Shown piece after piece: positions 36,262 through 45,766 of a DNA stretch of 64,000 nucleotides. The translations under genes and the position numbers were made by a program. Origin of the DNA: a virus; the IMG/VR virus record IMGVR_UViG_3300022924_000001, positions 1 to 64,000 of that record. One strand, given 5' to 3'. Within the stretch, counting starts at the first letter, position 1; each line of letters opens with the position of its first letter. The notes beneath the pieces are model-generated. The model was not told where the DNA came from. It saw nothing but the letters and a program-made list of their open reading frames with translations, and made no database searches.

Positions 36262-36312
36262 CAAATTTAAATCAGATTTGACAAAGAAAAAATTTACTTG
36301 TTTTTTAGGTTT
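36262..36312 (-). promoter_or_regulatory. late promoter variant (AAACCT-N7-AAGTAAATTTTT-N18-TAAATTTG)
   Basis: Minus-strand reading. The -7 box lies 19 nt before the ATG at 36242. An AGCCC/GGGCT hairpin (36313-36335) lies between it and the stop of the 562-aa gene. Confidence 0.5.
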
Positions 36313-36348
36313 AGCCCCAATTTTTACATCAGGGCTTTTTCCTATATT

Positions 36349-38037
36349 TTAGTTAAATCCTTTTCTTGCTGCTTCATCAAGTTCAATAACAACAAATCTG
36401 GTAAGGTCTCTCACGTGTATTGCAACACTAGAGTGAATCCAGAAGGACTGTGCCATTGTTTTGTATGAAGAAACTACATCAGCAGCTTTCTTGTTACTGT
36501 AGCGTCCATTATCTGAACCCCAGTAAGTCATCTCACCTTCTGGCTTAACAAGATAGATATTTGCCTTAGTATTACCGCCTTCTATAACGGTTGCTCCTTG
36601 AGGCATTTTCTTGTTATTAGAGTAAGATTGGTCAGCCACATCCCAGATAATAAGAGAGTAAGAAGTATGTGCTCTTCCTCCTGTGTGCATACCTTTCTGG
36701 ATACGGTCTGTCATTGGGATGCTGTTTAATGAAGGATCTTCCTCTACCTGTAGATTACCAATACCTGCAATATAAACCTGAGTAAATCTCACTGGTTTCA
36801 TTACTAAGTTCAATAAATCATTTCCTGAAACTGGGTTAGGAATAGTTCTTTCTGAGCCCAAGAATCTTCCGATAGAATCGTACTGTGCATTGATTTCATC
36901 CTTGAAAATCTGATAGATATTTTCTACCGCGTCTTTACCACCCTTAAATTTAATAAATCTGTCAACATCCGGCATATCATTAGAACGGAAAACATATTCT
37001 ACCGCATTCTTTATATGTGATCTTGTAATACCACCCGGCTTAGCGTATTTAATAAGTTTACCTCTACGGATTTGGTGGAAAAGACCTTCATTAAGTCTTG
37101 TAACTCCATTTGAATCCCTTATAGTCCCTGCTTTTTGGAATAAAAGAGCGTGGGCTACAAGTTTTTCGTGTTCCCTGTGTACCAAGAATTCCATAGTTGC
37201 TCCAATTCTCATAGTGGTTGGTCTGGCTTTTCCTGTAACACCGTCACGGTCTGCGATAACTGCGAACTCACCAAGGTCTTGTGCCTCGTTCATCAAATCA
37301 TCTATATATGCTCTTGAGTGTGCTGTTGCTCCACTGAAGTTTTTTCTGTCTGCCTTACCAGTTACGTACGCTTCAACCCCTGACATATTTCCTAATTGGA
37401 ATTGACATGTCATAGTTGTAGGAGAATCCATAAAATCTACGTTAGAGTAGTTTTGTGCGTATTCACCAAACATAGTATGGCTAATTTTGTAATACTGGAT
37501 ACCTTTTACAAGTAAAGAAGCATCGTAGTAAGCCCGTTTTGAATTTGAAACTAATTTAACTGAGTGTTCAAATCCTTCATTCACTAACCTGATCTCTTCG
37601 TCTCCCGAAACCACAATCTGATCTCCATATAAAGGATCACATGAAAGTACATCTCCCGGAGCAAACTGTTTGGTTAGTACAATTTTAAAAGGTGACTCAT
37701 CAATACCCGGGAAATCCTGATTGGATGTGTCACGGATAGTTGTACAGTTCATACTTTCCTTGATTGCAATATCATAGGTGAAACTACCATCCTCTCCGTT
37801 AACTTCCATTACCGCTTTGTTAGCAAGAAGTTCACGATACATAGGATAAGTTGTTTTGGCCTGTTGCCCCCATAATTGCATCAAACCTAAGTGATGCTTA
37901 TTAGGGTCTTCCTGATACCACGAGCCCATAGATGCCATATCTTGGTACCCTTGGATAGATTGAACCGTTTTTCTGTCGGTAAATTTGATTACATGATCTC
38001 CGTTATACAGAGACCTATTTGTTTGCGTAACACTCAT
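36349..38037 (-). CDS. major capsid protein candidate (562 aa)
   Basis: Synteny is portal, scaffold-like, then this gene. It is followed by a hairpin. I recognised no sequence motif. Confidence 0.55.
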   Translation of the reverse strand: MSVTQTNRSLYNGDHVIKFTDRKTVQSIQGYQDMASMGSWYQEDPNKHHLGLMQLWGQQAKTTYPMYRELLANKAVMEVNGEDGSFTYDIAIKESMNCTTIRDTSNQDFPGIDESPFKIVLTKQFAPGDVLSCDPLYGDQIVVSGDEEIRLVNEGFEHSVKLVSNSKRAYYDASLLVKGIQYYKISHTMFGEYAQNYSNVDFMDSPTTMTCQFQLGNMSGVEAYVTGKADRKNFSGATAHSRAYIDDLMNEAQDLGEFAVIADRDGVTGKARPTTMRIGATMEFLVHREHEKLVAHALLFQKAGTIRDSNGVTRLNEGLFHQIRRGKLIKYAKPGGITRSHIKNAVEYVFRSNDMPDVDRFIKFKGGKDAVENIYQIFKDEINAQYDSIGRFLGSERTIPNPVSGNDLLNLVMKPVRFTQVYIAGIGNLQVEEDPSLNSIPMTDRIQKGMHTGGRAHTSYSLIIWDVADQSYSNNKKMPQGATVIEGGNTKANIYLVKPEGEMTYWGSDNGRYSNKKAADVVSSYKTMAQSFWIHSSVAIHVRDLTRFVVIELDEAARKGFN

Positions 38038-38062
38038 TGTTCTATTTTAATTTTAGTTGTTG

Positions 38063-39133
38063 TTATGGTAAGTCAAAGCTAAAGGTGCTTGTTGTATCCT
38101 CTAGGGGAGCAACTGTTTTCTTATCTTTGTTTTTTGGTATAAAGCTTATAGTTTTGAAGGTTTCAATATTATCTTTTCTTTTACTGTCTACAGCCTTAAG
38201 TTTGAGATAATTTTCTTTGTCGGCCAAAAAGTAAATGAGCTCCTGCGCTCTTTTTGGATCTTCCATGACTTCATTATAAAGTCTGTCTACTTCCATCATA
38301 CCTTCCTTATTTTCCTTTGTTGCAAGGTCTATAAGTTTTTTGGCGGTTACATCCTGAATCCCCTGTTCTTTGTATAGTTTGGATAATTCTGAACGGTATT
38401 TTTTAATGTCTTCTTGCTCTTTTATTCTTTCTGCCTGAACTGCTTTTTCGGCTTCGGCTACAGTCTTATCGTAATTACTTTGGTGAAAGTCTACAATTCT
38501 TTTGGCTTTTTCATCAAGGACAGAATCTTTCTTATCTTTCTCTACAAGCAACTTGGCCTGATCTTCATCATTCCCATTTGCAAGGTATTGTCTGAAAACT
38601 ATAGTTGATTGGTGACTTTCATCATCAATATCCCAACCATCAGCCTCTTCAAAAGGTCTTTTGACTAAATCAGGTGTCTGAAATATTTGCCTTAAATCTC
38701 CTTTTTCCTTGATTATATTGATAAGCTTCTTTTGGTTTTCATCAAGTCCTTCAACAGAGACAAACTTCTCTTTTATTTCTTCCTGTTGTTTTGTCTTTTG
38801 GCTTTCCAGAATAGATAGGTAGTAGTCTTCGTCTAAATCTGTGAGTTCTGATAGCTTTACTACATTCCCCTCTGAATCTTCAACTTCAGCGTCTTCCCAA
38901 TCTCCTCTTTCAATCAGTCTTTTTGCTAAGGTAGCGTACTGGTTAGGTTTTGTATCAAATTTGGGAACTTCTGCAATTACCGGAGGATCTGTAGTAATTA
39001 CCTCTTCTGCGGGAGGTGTTAAATCTAAATCGGGTACTTCCTGCGTAACCTCTTGTTGTTCTGTTGGTAAATCGAAATTGAATTCTGCTAATGCTTCAAT
39101 AGTAGTAGCTCCTTCTTGAATTTGGTTTTTCAT
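38063..39133 (-). CDS. scaffolding protein candidate (356 aa)
   Basis: Very acidic, E/K/D-rich coiled-coil composition. It lies between the portal and capsid candidates. Confidence 0.55.
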   Translation of the reverse strand: MKNQIQEGATTIEALAEFNFDLPTEQQEVTQEVPDLDLTPPAEEVITTDPPVIAEVPKFDTKPNQYATLAKRLIERGDWEDAEVEDSEGNVVKLSELTDLDEDYYLSILESQKTKQQEEIKEKFVSVEGLDENQKKLINIIKEKGDLRQIFQTPDLVKRPFEEADGWDIDDESHQSTIVFRQYLANGNDEDQAKLLVEKDKKDSVLDEKAKRIVDFHQSNYDKTVAEAEKAVQAERIKEQEDIKKYRSELSKLYKEQGIQDVTAKKLIDLATKENKEGMMEVDRLYNEVMEDPKRAQELIYFLADKENYLKLKAVDSKRKDNIETFKTISFIPKNKDKKTVAPLEDTTSTFSFDLP

Positions 39134-39143
39134 TTTATTATGG

Positions 39144-39193
39144 CAAATGTAGTATGGTTATACGTGTTAAAAAAATTGCTTGTTTTTTAAGTT
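39144..39193 (-). promoter_or_regulatory. late promoter variant (GAACTT-N7-AAGCAATTTTTTT-N17-TACATTTG)
   Basis: Minus-strand reading. The -7 box lies 10 nt before the ATG at 39133. It is the weakest of the five copies. Confidence 0.4.
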
Positions 39194-39233
39194 CTGTCCT
39201 TAGCTGATATATAATTGCTTAGTTGGTATGTAA

Positions 39234-42005
39234 TTAGTTCTTATTTACTAATGCTATTGTCTCGTTTGATCTTATTTTATCCCGCTGTATCTGAAGGGCT
39301 TCCCTTTCTAAGTCCAACTTTTGCTGTTCCAAGGATTTTCTGTCTTCGGATTCTTTTTGTTTTAAGTTACCTAATCCTTGTTTCATCATCAGTTCTTGAT
39401 TCCTGAATGAGTTTTTCAAATCGTTTTCGGCAGCCTGTGAAACCTTGTCGAAGTATTCGTCCTGTGGTGACCTTCCTGAGCCTACTTTAGATATTCCGTC
39501 TATCTCTGCCTTTTCAAGCATAGTATCCCTGTCTTTTTGTTTTTCTACAGCTATAAATTGTCTCTCAGTATCTTTCTCTAGTTTCTGGGCTTCAATCTGT
39601 TTATCAAGCAACATTTGTTGGTTTTCTCTTTCTGCGGCAGCCTCTTTTTCTTTTTCCAGCCTGTTCTCTCTTCCTACCTGTATAAGCTCAACAACAGAAC
39701 GTGCTTTGACTATCTGGCTAAAATCCAGAATATCTGAACCCTGTGTATTGGTCTGCAACATAATATTCTTTAGGTTTTCCAACTGTTTTTTATCGTTGGA
39801 ATTATTGGTAGGTATTATTCCAAAATGTCTTAGTGGGAAATAAGGGTCTGATAATTCTATAAATACTTTATCACCATCAGATTTTGTATAGTAATATGCT
39901 GCGTCCAGATTATTTTTCTGGCAGTACTGCGCTACACAAAGGTGTATGTGATTTGCTTTTTTATTACCGGAAGACATTGCTGAGAATATGGGCTCTGTTT
40001 GTGCATATGAGGCTGTCAGTCCCTGTTTAATACCTTCGGCGGTTGTATACTCCGATGCATTACCAATTCGTTGTTGGGTTATACCTATTTGTTCTAAAGC
40101 GAGTATCTTATAACGCTCTGCAAGATTCATTCTGTTATTGATCTGCTCGGTGAAGGTAATGCTCTGGCTCATGAAGGTATTCATTCCCTGTCCGGCTCCC
40201 TGCATATTCTGTTTTTTGGTATCTATAGGGACAATACCTATTTCAACTGCGGCCTCACGTAGCATCTCAAGTGTCTCTCTTGTACCAATGTTATCCTTGT
40301 ACTCTGACGGCAAATAATTGACATCAAATAAAAGGAAAGTTCCAATCTCTTTTTCAAGGAGATTAAATATCTGGTTCATGCATATATTGTGCATGATTAT
40401 AAAAGGCCTTAGCTTTTTGGCAATAGAGTTTCCTATAAGACCTGCAACCGGAAGTTTGATATCATAAAGGTTTGAATCCCCTTTTATCTGGTAAGGTAAT
40501 GGCTCTCCGCCTAAATACAAATCCTCATTAAGAAAACTATTGCCCGCATTTACCTTTACTCCCCATCTTACCTGCGGTCTGTAAGTAAATGCAATAGTAT
40601 TAGGCTCAGGATTGTTTTCTATATCTTCAAGTGTTACCTTGCGTAGAGTCCTTATTTCGTTCTCAACCAAGAAATCCTTTACAAGATCATCAGTAATTAT
40701 TTGTTGGTCTGGGATGCCATCTTTAGTAATATAATTTAGTATTCCGATTCTCTGCCAGCCTTTCCAGTAAGATTCTGTACATTGGTGTAAATCATTTCTT
40801 ACAGAGATATCACTTCTAAGCTGGCTTGCAAAATTATTGACATTATTCATGCCCTTATTTAAAGGAGAGAACCAAGTATCTTCTTTGCTTGTGGTGCCGT
40901 CTTCATTTATCACTGTAGACTCTCCCAGAGGTATATTAAATGCATCCTGAAGCTGTAGGGTTACATCATAATCGAAATAATCCTCAAAAGGAACATATAC
41001 CTGATCTTGGAAATTCTTGTCAAGTATGTTTTTGAAAGAACTCTCCTGTCCAGAAGAAAGTACACTTTCAGTATTTTTATTGTAGTATCCTGATAATCGT
41101 TGTTGTTGTTCGGCAGTTAATTTATTTCCCCAGCGTTCCATTATCTGGTTTGCCGATAAATAGTGTACCTGCCCTACATACTCCCCGTCCTGCGGGTATT
41201 TTATATCAACGTCCTCCGAGAAAAATGTCGTAACTGATTTCCATCTTTCAGGTCGGTAAAAATCATAACCTATATGGTAATTCCTGAACCATCTTCCTGT
41301 GAGTATGTAGTCGGTTATTTCTTCCTCATCCATCTCGTCCATATCAAACCTGTCACGGTCTATATCGAGGGTATTCTGAGCCCAGATGGCAGCTTTTGTT
41401 TTCCAGTTTTTATTCATGTCTTTCTGGATAAGATCCGGCGATATTAATTCTGCCTTTTTCTGCTCCAGTGCCTGCATGAATTGTTGCTGTTCCTCTTCTG
41501 AACTGAATTCCTGTTCAAGGTTTACTCCTGCCTCCAATAATTTTCTTTGAAGTTCTATATCAAAAAGCTGTTGTGTGTACTCTTTTACCCTTTGTGTCTT
41601 ATCCCTTATGTATTCATTTTGGGAAAAAGGGTCTTCAGTTGTAATTGTATAACTGTCCTTAAATTTTCCATATTCCCCGCGAATCTGGTTCACTATCATT
41701 CCCAGAAAGTCGTAGTGTTTCGGGGAGGATGTTATCTGTACTTCATTGACAAGTTTTACAAACTCATCGGTCTTGTCTGATAACCCATAGTCGGAGAGAA
41801 TAAGCTCCCCATTTATCATCCTATAATAATCCTGAAACTCTATATTTCTTTCCAGCTGTCTTATAGCTATCTCTTCGAGCCTGTCCAATGTAGAGTTTAC
41901 CCATTTCGGGGTTTTCTTTGAATCGGGTATGGCTTGAGGTGGTAGTGCCGAAGAATTTTCTCCTGATAAGCCTACACCGTTAAAAAATGCGTGGTTTGAA
42001 TTCAA
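39234..42005 (-). CDS. portal protein candidate (923 aa)
   Basis: Supported by its size, its position immediately downstream of the large terminase, and its charged coiled-coil C-terminal tail (EKEKEAAAERENQQ...). Confidence 0.55.
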   Translation of the reverse strand: MNSNHAFFNGVGLSGENSSALPPQAIPDSKKTPKWVNSTLDRLEEIAIRQLERNIEFQDYYRMINGELILSDYGLSDKTDEFVKLVNEVQITSSPKHYDFLGMIVNQIRGEYGKFKDSYTITTEDPFSQNEYIRDKTQRVKEYTQQLFDIELQRKLLEAGVNLEQEFSSEEEQQQFMQALEQKKAELISPDLIQKDMNKNWKTKAAIWAQNTLDIDRDRFDMDEMDEEEITDYILTGRWFRNYHIGYDFYRPERWKSVTTFFSEDVDIKYPQDGEYVGQVHYLSANQIMERWGNKLTAEQQQRLSGYYNKNTESVLSSGQESSFKNILDKNFQDQVYVPFEDYFDYDVTLQLQDAFNIPLGESTVINEDGTTSKEDTWFSPLNKGMNNVNNFASQLRSDISVRNDLHQCTESYWKGWQRIGILNYITKDGIPDQQIITDDLVKDFLVENEIRTLRKVTLEDIENNPEPNTIAFTYRPQVRWGVKVNAGNSFLNEDLYLGGEPLPYQIKGDSNLYDIKLPVAGLIGNSIAKKLRPFIIMHNICMNQIFNLLEKEIGTFLLFDVNYLPSEYKDNIGTRETLEMLREAAVEIGIVPIDTKKQNMQGAGQGMNTFMSQSITFTEQINNRMNLAERYKILALEQIGITQQRIGNASEYTTAEGIKQGLTASYAQTEPIFSAMSSGNKKANHIHLCVAQYCQKNNLDAAYYYTKSDGDKVFIELSDPYFPLRHFGIIPTNNSNDKKQLENLKNIMLQTNTQGSDILDFSQIVKARSVVELIQVGRENRLEKEKEAAAERENQQMLLDKQIEAQKLEKDTERQFIAVEKQKDRDTMLEKAEIDGISKVGSGRSPQDEYFDKVSQAAENDLKNSFRNQELMMKQGLGNLKQKESEDRKSLEQQKLDLEREALQIQRDKIRSNETIALVNKN

Positions 42006-42021
42006 TTTAAAAGTATTTCCA

Positions 42022-42072
42022 CAAATTTAGGCACTTGCTGTCAGTTTGCAAAATTACTTGGTTTCTGGGTTT
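42022..42072 (-). promoter_or_regulatory. late promoter (AAACCC-N7-AAGTAATTTTG-N19-TAAATTTG)
   Basis: Minus-strand reading: AAACCCAGAAACCAAGTAATTTTG, 19 nt, TAAATTTG, 16 nt before the ATG at 42005. This copy has a full -33 TTTG and -7 TAnnTTTG. Confidence 0.65.
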
Positions 42073-44783
42073 TAAAACAGCCTTCTGCGGGTTGTAGTGA
42101 ATAATTTTGATTTGGATGAACTCACACTCATTTCTTTTTTTTCAGGCTCTTTAATACGCGCCTCTACATAATTTGCGTCGAGATAATGCGCCTGTATAAG
42201 TGCTATACCGAAAGTGGTAATTCTATCGTGGTTTTCTCCCTCTTTGTAGTTTATCATCTCTTCAAGGAGTAGTTCATCATTTATAAGCTCTATACCGTAT
42301 ATTGTATACTCCTTATCATTCTCGTCTTTTAAGGTATGTACCTTATTTGCATAGTTTATGGCCTTATTTAATATAGCTGACTTATTACCTGATGGTGATA
42401 TCCCATAGGTACGGCGATTATTTACTTTCAAAGTTAAATCTCCCGCCATATTGAAGGATGGTACAAGGTATTGGTCGGTTTTATGTAGGGTATCCAAATA
42501 AGTCTTGAATTCCATATCCTCATTCTCCATGAGACACTCGGCATTATAAGCTTCCAAAAGCATGTAGCCTATATTGTGGAACTTACTGTGAGGGTTGGGT
42601 CGGCTCGCATATGTGGCCGCTATCCTGTCACCCCACTCATCATTTCCCGACTGCCTCTTGAAAATCTTGAAACAGCCTACAGAATCACTGTCTGCCTCTT
42701 CCTGCTTGTAATCATCCAGTGATGCAACGTACAGTCCTCTGGGTGGTTTTACAGTGGGGAACTCCCCAAATATTACTACGGGCGAATCGTGAAATCCTCC
42801 TTTATGTGGAAACTTCGGAAGTTCTTTTTTTGAGTGTTCTATTTCAGTATATTTGGAATCCCGACCTTTAAATAAATCTACTTTTCTTCCTGTGAGCCCT
42901 TCTTCCCTTATCCTTCTTAAATGCCTTTCCGCTACTTCCCTATTAAAAGGATTTACTTTTCCAGATAAAAATATTTCTTCCGGGTCATTAGGGTAATAAA
43001 CAATTTCCTTGGTTAAGGATTGTTTATTTTTAGCCAGTTTTAATCTATCAGCTTTAATTATTTCATGACACCTTTTCCAATCGGTAAGTAGTATCTTTAT
43101 TTTTCTGAGTTCTGTTGAATCTGGGCGGCCTAGATAATCGGCCAAATTTGATTCTATTTTCACCATGCCCTCTTTCGCAGACATCGCAGCAGGTGCAAAG
43201 GTTCCGAATTTTCTTCTTTTCCAAGGGATGTCTTCTTTGTCTATACCTCTTTCTAAGGCTTCCCAGTTCATTGGAAGTACGTCATAATCTTCAGGATCAT
43301 TTAGAAATATCAGGGCATCACGTGATAACTCTTCGTTCCCTCCAGTCCCGGACAGTATAGGAGTACAAAGTTTTCCAGCAGGAGTGTCGAAAGAAGGTTT
43401 GGCTCCATTAAGTTGATCTATAAAAGGGGCTTTCATTATCTCATCAATAACAAAGGCATCTGGTGTAAATCCTGCAAGCACCTCAGAGGACTTTTCTCCC
43501 CCGCTGTTAAGGTTTATAATATGTATTACTGCCTGCAAGAGGTTTTTACCTCCTTTGGTCTTTATCCCTAACTGTACTTTTTTAGACCAGTCATTGGTAA
43601 GGTTGTTTGGAGCAAAAGCAGGATTGCAATTCTGCATGGAAACCTTTACGTTCTTTTCAAGCTGACCTAAATCCTTTGCTGATCCCCCACCTACTACCAG
43701 TTCCTTACCACCTGTTATTGCAATGTGATGAAGATGTGAGGCCAATCCTGTACTTTTGAAAAGCCTTCTGGTAGCAGCTATGAATAACATTCTTCCCTTT
43801 ATTTTGGCATCCCTGTAATTGTCCTGAATTATATACCATTCATTATCCCTTAATGGAGGTATTATAACATCTTTCTTTATATCCAGCTGTCCTGTCACAT
43901 TATTCATAGTAGCCCGGGGTATTTCGGTTACAAAGTGGTTTATGTGAAAGTAAAGCCACGGTTCTATAGGTTGTCCGTCTATATTTATACCGTTCTTTAT
44001 TTTTTTAAATTCGTCTACATAAAATTGCAGTGTATTTTTTTCCTGTTCAAAATAGTGCTTGTCTACATTCCACACCGGGACTTTACTCTTATCCATATAG
44101 ATAAGCATCTCATTTTTAGGAGGGCTGTCAAAGTCTATTTTCATAGCCGAGATTTTACGCTCTATCTCGGGATACAGTTTTACCAGCTGCTCGTGCATAC
44201 ACAAAGGAGCTTTCACATTATCATGGAATACTATTCCTGATGTATCCTGTGTGTCGTCTTTTATGTTCAGCGCAGCAATATTATCATCAATCCTTGATAT
44301 ATCAGCAAAGCACTCCTTAAGAAACTTCATTTCATCAGAACGTATATCCTGATTCTCTATCTGGGATATGTCTACAGACTCAACATAAAAATCCACACGG
44401 TCAGTATGGATTTTAATAATAGATAAGCACTCTTTGATAAATGACTTGAATTCTGAGAGGTGATGGTCTCCTTCTGCTTTTTTGACAAAGAATTTTAACC
44501 TGTCGAGTATTTCTTTGGTTATGTCCTGTTGCAGTTTGAATTCATCCCCTTTATATTTTAAGTTGCTTTTTTGAGATGCAAGTTTTTCCTTTACGAACTT
44601 GGACATCTCTGACTTGATTATTTTTTTATTGGTGTGTTCCTTATCAATATAATCTATAAAGTTCTCATCAGAAAGATTTTCATCTGTCTGTATTGATGAC
44701 CAGTCATTATTTACAATGTACTTTTTGTATTTAAGGAACTGTGGTTTATTTTTCTTTATAAATCCTTTAATAAATTCAGACAT
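42072..44783 (-). CDS. terL: terminase large subunit with ~330-aa N-terminal extension (903 aa)
   Basis: Walker-A-like FIAATRRLFKSTG, Walker B DAFVIDEI, and a C-terminal RNase-H-like nuclease motif LYVASLDDYKQ...DSDSVGCFKIF. Confidence 0.7.
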   Translation of the reverse strand: MSEFIKGFIKKNKPQFLKYKKYIVNNDWSSIQTDENLSDENFIDYIDKEHTNKKIIKSEMSKFVKEKLASQKSNLKYKGDEFKLQQDITKEILDRLKFFVKKAEGDHHLSEFKSFIKECLSIIKIHTDRVDFYVESVDISQIENQDIRSDEMKFLKECFADISRIDDNIAALNIKDDTQDTSGIVFHDNVKAPLCMHEQLVKLYPEIERKISAMKIDFDSPPKNEMLIYMDKSKVPVWNVDKHYFEQEKNTLQFYVDEFKKIKNGINIDGQPIEPWLYFHINHFVTEIPRATMNNVTGQLDIKKDVIIPPLRDNEWYIIQDNYRDAKIKGRMLFIAATRRLFKSTGLASHLHHIAITGGKELVVGGGSAKDLGQLEKNVKVSMQNCNPAFAPNNLTNDWSKKVQLGIKTKGGKNLLQAVIHIINLNSGGEKSSEVLAGFTPDAFVIDEIMKAPFIDQLNGAKPSFDTPAGKLCTPILSGTGGNEELSRDALIFLNDPEDYDVLPMNWEALERGIDKEDIPWKRRKFGTFAPAAMSAKEGMVKIESNLADYLGRPDSTELRKIKILLTDWKRCHEIIKADRLKLAKNKQSLTKEIVYYPNDPEEIFLSGKVNPFNREVAERHLRRIREEGLTGRKVDLFKGRDSKYTEIEHSKKELPKFPHKGGFHDSPVVIFGEFPTVKPPRGLYVASLDDYKQEEADSDSVGCFKIFKRQSGNDEWGDRIAATYASRPNPHSKFHNIGYMLLEAYNAECLMENEDMEFKTYLDTLHKTDQYLVPSFNMAGDLTLKVNNRRTYGISPSGNKSAILNKAINYANKVHTLKDENDKEYTIYGIELINDELLLEEMINYKEGENHDRITTFGIALIQAHYLDANYVEARIKEPEKKEMSVSSSKSKLFTTTRRRLF

Positions 44784-45243
44784 CCAGCATATTTTTCAAT
44801 TCTTCAACAAGATTTTTCATCGCCCCGGATTTTACCTGAGCACTTTTAACCTTCTGTATAAAATCCTTATCTTTTTCAACTATCTTCATATCAGGGGTAA
44901 CAGAGAAATTATTTTTAGGTATTTCTTTTTCTATTATTCTGCATAAACTTGTTATCTCTTCAGGTAACTTTGGTTCTACATTTTCAAGGTCTGTATAAGC
45001 ATCCACCATAATATAAAGCTTATTATTAGTAATCCTAAGATCATTTCGGTATAGGCCTATCTCTGTGAATACTTCAAAGGCTGTCTGTTCTACATCTGCT
45101 TCAAACTCTGATTCTATCAGGATTTTTGCGATATCTGCTTTTCTTGCTGTGAGATCCTTTTCTTTCTCTGCTATTACATGTGTATAGCGAATATGCTGCT
45201 CAAAAGCATTCCTTATCTTGTTATATAAACTTGGTGCTTCCAT
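44776..45243 (-). CDS. hypothetical protein (155 aa); small-terminase position
   Basis: ORF track. It overlaps the terL start by 8 nt. The call rests on position only. Confidence 0.5.
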   Translation of the reverse strand: MEAPSLYNKIRNAFEQHIRYTHVIAEKEKDLTARKADIAKILIESEFEADVEQTAFEVFTEIGLYRNDLRITNNKLYIMVDAYTDLENVEPKLPEEITSLCRIIEKEIPKNNFSVTPDMKIVEKDKDFIQKVKSAQVKSGAMKNLVEELKNMLDV

Positions 45244-45446
45244 TATAGTTCTTTTTCATTATCCCGCGATTTCTCTATGGCTGTATAAAAATCCTCATCT
45301 GAAATATCCCAGAGAAAACTAAGGGAGACATCATTCTTACTGCCTAACTTTTGCATAAAACTAAATAATAGTTTTCCAAAGCTGTACTCAGGATACTGTT
45401 TTGCCAAATCTGTAAATTCTGTTATTGCGTTTGCTCTGTAATTCAT
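45243..45446 (-). CDS. hypothetical protein (67 aa)
   Basis: ORF track, coupled overlaps. Confidence 0.5.
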   Translation of the reverse strand: MNYRANAITEFTDLAKQYPEYSFGKLLFSFMQKLGSKNDVSLSFLWDISDEDFYTAIEKSRDNEKEL

Positions 45447-45766
45447 TTTACTGTTCCTTTTATTTTAAAATAGATTGGTTTTTCCTGTCCATTTTCCAAA
45501 TAGAAAAAGGTTACAGTCTTGGTAAATGTACCTACAATTTTTGTGTCGTAAGTTATTTTTATTCGGTGTATATTATCTTTGGATTCTAAAATACTTGCTG
45601 TAGTGCAGCTCATGCAACCGGGCTTAATCCTTACATTGGCAGATTCAACCTGTACTTCGAGCTCCACACTCCCATTACCTTTATACATTAAAGGATTGTA
45701 GTTAATCCAATAATTAGGCTCTACATACTCCAGATGAGCCCTGTCTTCACTTATTAGTTTTACCAT
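45443..45766 (-). CDS. DUF1573-like Ig-fold protein (107 aa)
   Basis: PGCMSCTTA resembles the CGCT motif of Bacteroidota DUF1573, and the sequence is beta-rich. Confidence 0.45.
   Translation of the reverse strand: MVKLISEDRAHLEYVEPNYWINYNPLMYKGNGSVELEVQVESANVRIKPGCMSCTTASILESKDNIHRIKITYDTKIVGTFTKTVTFFYLENGQEKPIYFKIKGTVK

Noticed and set aside
36313-36335. Hairpin AGCCC(c)-12 nt-(a)GGGCT after the 562-aa gene, and a similar AGCCCC/GGGGCT hairpin at 24379-24400, as rho-independent terminators for the minus strand.
   Set aside because: In both cases the T-run follows the hairpin on the plus strand, not on the coding (minus) strand. They may be attenuators, RNA-stability elements or antisense terminators, but they do not fit the canonical model for these genes.
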